Positions 54,603 to 64,000 of a DNA stretch of 64,000 nucleotides are shown here, piece after piece. A model generated the notes under the pieces. That model ran no database searches, was not told the origin of the DNA, and saw only the letters and a list, made by a program, of their open reading frames with translations. The stretch is taken from contig OX597835.1 of NCBI GenBank assembly GCA_951406725.2, positions 11,656,001-11,720,000 on the forward strand, in the 5' to 3' direction. Position 1 is the first letter of the stretch. Each line of letters starts with the position of its first letter. Source of the DNA: Octopus vulgaris. Lineage: Eukaryota. A program made the translations under genes and the position numbers.

Positions 54603-55244
54603 AAATCACTGCTTCTCGGCCGAGCTCCTTATGACTCTTGGTGTTCCATATAAGATTTTGTTAAAATTCATTTGCATTAAAGCGGTCATATTTCTACATT
54701 ATACAAAATATATTAGCATTTCTTTGATACAGTTCCTAATAATATTTAATTAGAAAAATATAATGAAATTTTTTTAAAGACACTGAATGACTATAAGAGT
54801 CCATCCGAGTAAAATAGAATTCACTGCTCAAAGATGATAATTTCGATTCGTGTCCTTGCAGGCAACATTAACTTCACACTACATGTTATTTGTTGCCTAA
54901 CACAGAAGGGGTTTGTAAATATTTTTATATATTTATACGTCTCTATATTTATTTAGAAATGACGAGTCATTGACGATTCATACGCATTAATATTTTTTCA
55001 CATTTCATTTGCTGCCATCATCTCAAGCAAAAACAAAAATATTTACTTACATAGTATCATGCTTAGGTGGGAGATACCACTGTGTATAGACACAAGATAG
55101 CGCGCCACACAGTTACAATCACTGCGTTTTTGCCATCAATTGATGTAGTTACAGTGGTAAGGCAGCTTTACAAGTGAAAGCTACGAAGATACTAGAAACC
55201 AGTTGTGAGAGTTGAGTCTAGAGTTGTGATAGAGTTTTATTTTC

Positions 55245-55720
55245 CTGGGGTCGATTTGTTCAACTAAAGGCGGTGCTCCAGCATGGCCGCATCCAAATGA
55301 CTGAAACAAGAATCTCTCTCTATATAAACGGCAGTTTGTCTGTGCGTGTTTCTGTGTGTCTGTTTTCTTGTACCCTCACTCTGACCATGGCTTTCAACCG
55401 ATTCTGATGAAACTTGACACACACACATAGCCCAATGTCATAATTCAAAACTAACGCAGCGAAAATTTTGAAAAGTTCCTCCAGTTCTGAAAAAAATCGA
55501 TAAATTCGACATGGGGGTCGAGAATCAGAAACACAAACCACAGACCGTCTAGGGGACGCAACTCCACCTTTTTTAACTCTCAAAAAAAAAAATTTACCAT
55601 CATTTTTTTTTCCATTTTTTTGCTATTTTTTGGCTATAACTCTCTAAAAATGCTTTATAGTTATTTCCCTTACAAACCTGAGCAACGCCGGGCGATACTG
55701 CTAGTAAAAGAATAAAAGAG
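55245..55720 (+). mobile_element. SINE C 3' fragment split by a Helitron
   Basis: GGGGTCGATTTG...GACTGAAACAAGAA precedes the Helitron and TAAAAGAATAAAAGAG follows it. Confidence 0.8.
55313..55704 (+). mobile_element. Non-autonomous Helitron
   Basis: A|TC...CTAG|T termini with a subterminal hairpin. The 5' part is shared with 44582-44958 and the 3' part with 30988-31501. Confidence 0.87.
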
Positions 55721-56065
55721 CTTTGTTGGCTGAAAGTTTCGTGGTGTCAGACACCATAGCATCATTTGCTGCATAAAAATATTCGTTCTCCGCCTGCCAT
55801 TATATCGACCTGCGCAATATAGATTCTTTTAAAGAATTAAATATATTTTTGCTTTCTCTAAGTTCTACACAAAGCACGAATCGATCTTTTTTCGATATTG
55901 CCGAAATATCGTTTGTTTGTTTAATAAACACCAAGAATTTGGTAACTGAGAAAATAGTACGTTTACATTACTTATATTCCCGATAGAATTGCTATTTAAC
56001 AGTAGGTCTCTACTGTATGGCGAACGATAACTATTATTTAGTCTTTTCACTAAACCTTTCGCTTC

Positions 56066-56799
<734 letters not shown>

Positions 56800-57082
56800 C
56801 AATTCTTTTTTATTGGCCACAAGGGCTGACACGCATGATTACATAAAGGGACAGGACAGGACGAAAGGTTACAAAGGGTTTTGTCCGTTTGTTAAAAAAT
56901 CCGTGTAAAAAAAAACTTTAAAACAATGATTATTAAAACAATGAAAAACTCCCAAAAGGGGGAGACGTCTCGAAATGTTCCCGGTGGAAAAAACCCTACA
57001 AAAGCCAACGGGAGCCTGGTCAAAAAAAGGGGGTGTAGAGAGTCCCCTTTCTTCTCCTTTTACATTACCTTTTTCTTTGAAA

Positions 57083-60000
57083 TCACAGGCGAAACCTGAG
57101 AACTGGTCCATTTATACAGGCCAGTCTCGCACAATTCACCCACCTTTCATAAAACTTGCTATCGGACAGCACTTTCCTCTCTAACCTCATCTTCCTTTTC
57201 AAGTGAAACTTGAAAAAGTTGATGAGGCCTTGACCAAAGAGGAAAGTGTCTGTCTTTAGCCCTTTCAAACGAGTCCACCACACGACCTCTTTCGCCACAG
57301 CCACTAGGCACAAGAAAACGGCCTCGCCCTCCTTGTTAAAGGAGGTCGGCGGGGCAATCTTCACTATGGATTCGGCCGATAGTCGGATCCGTCCTACACG
57401 TGACAGTAGCTGTTCGACATAAACCCATATTTCAGCAATACTCGGGCACTGGACGAGTGCGTGCAGAACGGTTTCGTCGTCCTGGCAACACCTCGGGCAG
57501 GCCCGGCTGACGGCACTTCCGTGCCGGTAGAGTTTATCTCGAACAGGCAGAGCCCCTCGGTAGCACTGCCAGGCGAGAGACCTCTGGAAATTATCCATCG
57601 GCCCCGGCCCGAAAGTCCTCCCGAACAGACCTGCTCAGTTCGTCGTCTTCAACGCCTAGAGTTTCCCCGAGAACGTCGTCGCATTTTTCCTCCACTAACC
57701 CTCTATAGAACGCTAGAGTGGAGCTGTAACCGACCGCATTGCCCGCCTGGTGGAGGGCGGAGAGGGCTTGACGGCACTCGAGGTGCCAAGCGCCCTTTCT
57801 CGGTCTACGTTTGATCCAGGTCTGCAGCTCCGTCAAAGAGACGAGCTGCGGAAAATCGCGTCTGACAAAAGACGACCACACCTGTTCACCGTCTAGGAAG
57901 CGCTTGAGATGCCGCAGCCTGAGCGCATGTCTGCGCAACAGCAACCACGGCATTCCAAGGCCTCCGTTCAGCGGTCGTTGACAGCAGATGGATCGCCTGA
58001 CCAGTGGCACCTGACCCTTCCACAAAAAGTCGAAGAGCAGACGTACCAGCTTGGCCAACCAGCGGTCGGGACAAGGGACGACGGTCAAGCGGTAATAGAT
58101 GACGGATGCGATGTACGCATTCGCCACCTCCGCTCGACCTTTCAGGGACAGCTTCCTCTCGGCCCATTTCTGGGTGAGACGTGCCACCCTGCTCGTCACC
58201 TCTTCCCAGTTCTTATCCACCTGGAGGTCCGGACCGAACCAGACCCCGAGCAGTTTAACGGGTCCGTCTGTCCAGCGCCCTACGACGCTGTTGGACGGCA
58301 TGGGCTTGCCTCTCCAGGTGCCCAGTTGCAAGCCCACAGACTTTTCCGCGTTAATCTTTGCCCCTGTCACCGCTTCGTACTGGTTTAGCGTCTCGCCAAT
58401 CAGGCCAATGTGCCTGTGGCTCGACACCACCACGGTGACGTCGTCGGCATAAGCAGACACGCTGTTTCCGCCTCCTAGATCGCGCGGGATGCCCCTCAAA
58501 GCCTCCAACTTGCGCAGTAATGGCTCGAGAGTCAAAATGTACAAGAGGGAGGAGAGAGGGCATCCTTGGCGGACCGAACGCGAGATGTCGAACGGTTCCG
58601 AAAGGTGACCGTTCACCCGTATCACCGAGCAGATGTTGCTGTATAAAGCAGCGATCCACCCGCGGAAGACTGGACCGAAGCCGGCTGCCTTGAGGACAGC
58701 TGCCAGGTACCGATGGTCGACCCTATCGAAGGCTTTACTCTGATCCAAGTTGATCAAAGCCCCACCCGCGCCAGCGTCGTTACCCACCCTCTCTATGATG
58801 TAGCGCATGAGATGGAGGTTGTCGTGTATCGACCTGGTCGGCACGGCGCATGTCTGCGTCCCGCCGACCAGCTTGTCCACGACAAGCGCCAATCTCTTGG
58901 CTAGCACCTTGGCCAAAATCTTCAACTCTGCATTGAGCAGAGTGATGGGCCGGAAATTGCCTATAACGTCCCCCTTGTTTGGGTCCTTCTTTAGCAAAGC
59001 CACCACCCCTCGACAGACAAAAGCAGGAATTCTCCCGTTTTGCTGCCAGTTGCAGTAGACGTTTGCCAACAGGTCCGCAAACAAGTCTGGCATTGAAAAG
59101 TAAAGCTCGTAGGGCAGACCATCCAAACCCGGCGATCTACCTCTCGTGCAACTCTTCATCGCTTCCTGTACTTCCCAGGCAGATATCGGTCCTTCGCAGC
59201 ACTCTGCCTCGCTGTCCGAGAGTTGCGGCAGTCCGTCCAGGTACACACCGAAGTCTGTACCGTTGGTGTCCGTTCCACCGCTCGTCCCAAACAGTTGAGC
59301 AAAGTGCCGCTGAAGTACCGTACACATCTGCTTCGGTTGGGTAACCTCGCGCCCGTTCTGGTCCACCAAAGACCGAATGGTTGCTCTGTTGCCTCGCTTC
59401 GCCTCCGCCACGCGGGCCCATCGAGCGGCTCTAGTCCCCTCCCCGCTTAGCGAACGTGCCTTAGCTCTGACAACGCAGCCTTCGTGTTTGGCGTCGAAGT
59501 GTTGGTCGAGGGCCAACCTTGCCGCCAACACGTCGGTCGCGATGCCAGTGTCAAGAGCCTCGTCTAGTTTCTTAACTAAATCCCGCTCTCTCTTCCTACG
59601 TTCAATAGCTAGAGTCTTACTATACCTAATCGACTCTACTCTAATTGCTCTCTTGAGGGCAAACCACCAGTTGTTGTTGATGATTGCCCCCGTGAGCGCC
59701 CGCTTAACTAGTAAACTAATCCGGTCTCTGTAAGCTTTGCACGCCGTTAACGACGCGTTCAGCTTCCAGTAGCCGGGTCCCTGTCTATGTAGCCTATCTA
59801 AGTCGACCGTACAGATCACTAATTTGTGGTCCGTATATTCGACTAGGTGGAATTGTGGACACCCTACGCTGTCCTTATCCGCTGGCCTACAAAACACTCT
59901 ATCTAAGTACGATCTAGACGACCCGATGCGGTTTGTCCAAGTCCACATTGGCACATTCGGGTTGTCTAGTCGAAACCTGTCGGACAGCTGAAAGCGGCCG

Positions 60001-60518
60001 AGTAGGTTGGCGAGGCTCTTGCACCCTCCCCCTCTCCTAACAGACGCTCCCCTGCCCACCCGATCGAAACGTTCGTCTAAGACAGCGTTCCAATCCCCAA
60101 CTAGTACTAGAGTGCGTGACGTTCCCAGGAAAACTTCCAGACGTTTGAAATAATCCGACTGCCCTGCTCCTGTCGGAGCGTAGGCAGCCAGCAGTCTGAA
60201 AGCACCGCCGTCACTACCGTCCACGTCGAGGACCACCAACTTACCTTCCGGATCCAAGAAGACTGTCCTTATTTTCAGGTCCAGGCCCTTCCGAAACAAC
60301 ACCGCAGTACCACCACCGCCCGCTCCCGGCCGACACGGAGATAGAAATATCTCGTATCCGCCGAAAAGGGCTGCGAGTTCCTGCGGGTCGGAGAGCCTGG
60401 TTTCACTGATGGCTGCTACATCCACATCATGAAACCTCAGGTCGTTTAACAGGTGACCCTGTTTCCAAGGTGACCCGAGGCCTCTCACATTCAAGCAACC
60501 GATTCTAAGATTTGCCAT
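57083..60518 (-). CDS. ORF2: APE endonuclease, reverse transcriptase and C-terminal CCHC zinc finger, with one +1 frameshift near 57635 (~1144 aa if corrected)
   Basis: APE motifs CLNVRGL, ISET, YAP, GDWN, YLDR and TDH. RT motifs SPGLDG, FRPITLLN, KAFDRVDH, RQGCPLS and YADD. L1/Tx1-type GPGYWKLN and W..RKLS.KGR. CPRC-x8-H-x4-C lies in the downstream frame 57083-57598. Confidence 0.95.
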
Positions 60519-60556
60519 GTCTCAAAGTAGGGGGAAAAAAAGGGAGAAAAAAGGCT

Positions 60557-61363
60557 CTACTTACTGTTGTTGGTGGTGGGGGTGGCTCCCTTGTGCTTTT
60601 GCACGGGTGCTTCCACAATGTTTTTATAAAGTTTCTTCGAGAAACTTTTCCCTAGCGATCCCACATCGTTAGGGAATATTTGTTTGATTTCATCATATGA
60701 TTTTGCATTTATTTTTATTGTGAGAATGTGTGCTGGTGGTGTGTTTTGTGTTGGTATGATGAAATCGGTTATATTTGTACTAGTTTTGTTTTTTAAGTAC
60801 TCCACTAGTTTTTGGTTCTTTGTGTTTATTGATGTAATTGTGTCTGTGTGTGTTTGTGTGTGTGGCAGTGGCAGTAGTGGTGTCGAAAGTGTTGTTGTTG
60901 TTTGTTGTTGTGAGTGTGTGTTGTTGTTGTTGTTGTTGTTGATGTTGGGAAGCACTATTTGTTCGTGCTTCCCCTGTAAATCTTTTTGTTTCTTCCTCCT
61001 TTTCTTCTTTGGAGGCACTATACTCCATTCTCCTTTGTTGGAATCAGAGCTCGCACAATCCGAGATCTCTTCATCCGGCAAAGGAATGGTTGAGGGTCTG
61101 CTTCAGTAGCAGGACGAAAAGTTTCTGGTTCCACCGGTATCGGTGGTGCCGCTGCTCCTGTTACTGTTGATGTCGCTGCTGTCGACCTTCGAGGTACTGG
61201 TGTCGGTGTTGGTTTGGTGGTGGTTGTCGGTGTTGGTTTGGTGGTGGTTGTTGTTGTTGGAGGTGGTGTTGCTCGTCTTGGTGCTGGTGTTGGTGATGGT
61301 GTTGGTGGTGTGGCAGCCTTTGGTGTTTCTTGCTGTTTTTGTTGTTTCTGTTGTTGTTGCTTG

Positions 61364-61403
<40 letters not shown>

Positions 61404-62426
61404 GCTGCTGCCTCTTGCTGAAAGCCTCCATCCTCTTTTTGTGAATGGGACAGTCCCTCTTTAAGTGGCTTTCGCTGCTGCAGAGAAAGCATTTTGGCTT
61501 TCGCCCCTCCACAGCAACGTTTAGCCTAGTGCCGTCCGGCAAACTTACGAAATCAGGGACTTTACTTATATTCTCTTGCTGAATTTGCGCAAGAAGCAGC
61601 ACTCCCATCCCCAACCAGTTTTTCGCCCTCACTCTCCTGACATCTAGAATGGTGGTAGTGTCCTCTATATCATAGAGGACAGCTGCCACCAGCCATGACA
61701 TATTTAATTCAGGGGGGACGAGGTCGATTTTTATTTTTGTAACTCTTCGCCCGAGGTGGGTTGGAATTAGTAACAAATTCTCAGTTTGCAAGGGCGAAAT
61801 GGCGTTCGCCCTTGCCAGCTCCTCTGTTGGGAAGCGAACCTCCACGGTTCCAAAACGCTTCCCCTTGGTTACGTAGCTCTTTTGGGCCCAAATGGGCTTT
61901 AGAGCTATCTCCAACTGTTGGGGTGTGGCATTTGTTATTCTTTTTAGTTTTCTGTCGAAAACTTTGTAAATTATTGTTTGCTTGTTGGTGCTTTCAATCA
62001 CCTCTTGTGGAGTATTGAGGAAGATACCATTGCCATCCTTTCTTAACAATTCCTTCGCTCTTTTCACATCTTCTAGAGTTATTTTAACTTCCTCCGAAAT
62101 TTGCTTCGCAGCAGAAGCAAAATTGTTGGAAGTTTTTTCTTTTATCTCCGTGTCAATGTTTGTGATGATTTTTGTATTTGTTTTTTCTCCTCCTCCTTCC
62201 TTACCAAAGCATTGGGTGAAGGCAGAGGGGGAAAATCAAGAATTACGTCGAACGCGACGTCATGACTTGCATTTTCCTTTTGAACCGAGCGCGTGCTCTG
62301 CGGTTCGGAAGGAGAATCTTTGTTGCCTTTTAAGGCGTGAAGTGGGTGTTTTGTACGAGTTGTGCGTGTTTGCGGAGGGAGTGTATTTTGAAGGAAGGAA
62401 CAGCCAACTGTTCGCTTCATAGCCAT
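60557..62426 (-). CDS. ORF1: gag-like nucleic-acid-binding protein with CCHC knuckle, poly-Q and Pro/Thr tract; two frameshifts (~62150-62190 and ~61090)
   Basis: CFLCSSESHLKRDC knuckle in 61018-62067. The adjoining frames 62142-62426 (ATG start, DFPPLPSP) and 60557-61081 (W..VPPKKKRR) look like its N- and C-terminal parts, which is an inference. Confidence 0.8.
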
Positions 62427-62658
62427 GTTTTTTCTTGTTGTAATATTCAAAATGTTGAAAAATGTCAAATGTTCAAAATTTTCAAACGCAATTTCACCCC
62501 GAATGGGGCAAAATTTCGCCCAACCGACGAGCTCCGCAAGAAGCCGGTCGGTTTGGCTACAGAAATATTAAAAAATATTCAAACCTATTAATAGATTTCC
62601 AATGAAATTGGTGTCAAATTCACGGAGCTGATTCACGTACGTCTAACGGCGTCGGAAG

Positions 62659-63163
<505 letters not shown>

Positions 63164-64000
63164 GATATATTCATAATAATGTTGGCAGCAGTTTCATTCA
63201 CATGTTAATGAAACCAGGAATCAATGGCAGCGGTTCTATCTGTATGTCAAAGAAATTATTTTACTAGGTTTGCCGATCGTCACAGTAAGCGTTTACCTTA
63301 AAAACCAATATTATTGACGTGAAGTGTATAATGGATGTAAAGGAATATAAATGTTGAATGAAAGAAGTCGATTTCCATTTATTTCACTGTGAGAATCTTT
63401 CCAAAATATAATAAGATTCTATCTAAGATCCCCGTGTCTATTTCTCACTTGATGCAGCTGTCCTCACTTGCCACCGTAACTTTTTGTAGTGCAACGTATC
63501 ACGTAGTATAATTGAATTTCCTTAAAAAAGGATTTATTTCAAATAGCGATTTTGTATTAATGAATGCATGCGACGTAACGTAAGTGTCAATATGTTACTG
63601 TTCTGGCCATTATTTTCGGATGGCACCGTATTTAGACGCCTTTGTCATTCGCTTCTGTTTATGCGTTGACTGTTGCGGACTGTCATATATGTATTGAAGA
63701 AGACATCGAGAATAATTATTTTTTGTAACTTTACGGTAGATATTGAATTCAGTACAGTTGCTATAGTGAACGTGGGCTATGATTCCGCACACAGGAATTG
63801 TGAGGTGCTTTCGCTCACAGAATGACAAAAAAAAATCTATTAATAATATTTGCGGAGAAAACAAATATGAATAATTCCTGGGACGCTAAGGATGGAGAAT
63901 GTTAATATCAAATATGAATGCAAATAAAATCACAGATAAAGCTGTTGTAATAACAACGGTGACAGGTGATGTGTGTTAATAGACAAGTGAGAAAAATTAA

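Noticed and set aside
57461-59733. Several antisense or overlapping ORFs within ORF2
   Set aside because: These are expected shadows of a GC-rich coding strand and carry no motifs.

Overview
An AT-rich, microsatellite-saturated animal genomic window. The repeat landscape is most consistent with an octopus or other cephalopod intron or intergenic region (inference). No host protein-coding exon can be supported, and almost all ORF-track entries are translations of simple repeats. The only long coding sequence is a near-intact, full-length Tx1-like (L1 clade) non-LTR retrotransposon on the minus strand (~56800-62659). It has ORF1 with a CCHC knuckle and ORF2 with APE endonuclease, RT and a C-terminal zinc finger, and it sits inside a long (AAT)n tract. 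The rest is a mosaic of four tRNA-derived SINE families, R4/Dong-like, Hero-like and CR1-group LINE fragments, non-autonomous Helitrons, fold-back elements and Tc1/mariner remnants. The strongest signal is SINE family 'B'. Its 3' tail matches the Tx1-like LINE 3' end, and its four TSD-bounded insertions share a target motif (RWWAMC^GT). A near-match to that motif lies in its own head, so it inserts into itself. A nested copy with a TSD, a dimer, and an 8-mer 184-bp tandem array bounded by a single TSD pair are all present. A second SINE/LINE tail pairing (SINE 'C' with a CR1-group LINE) is also visible. Family letters are my working labels, and no database search was possible.
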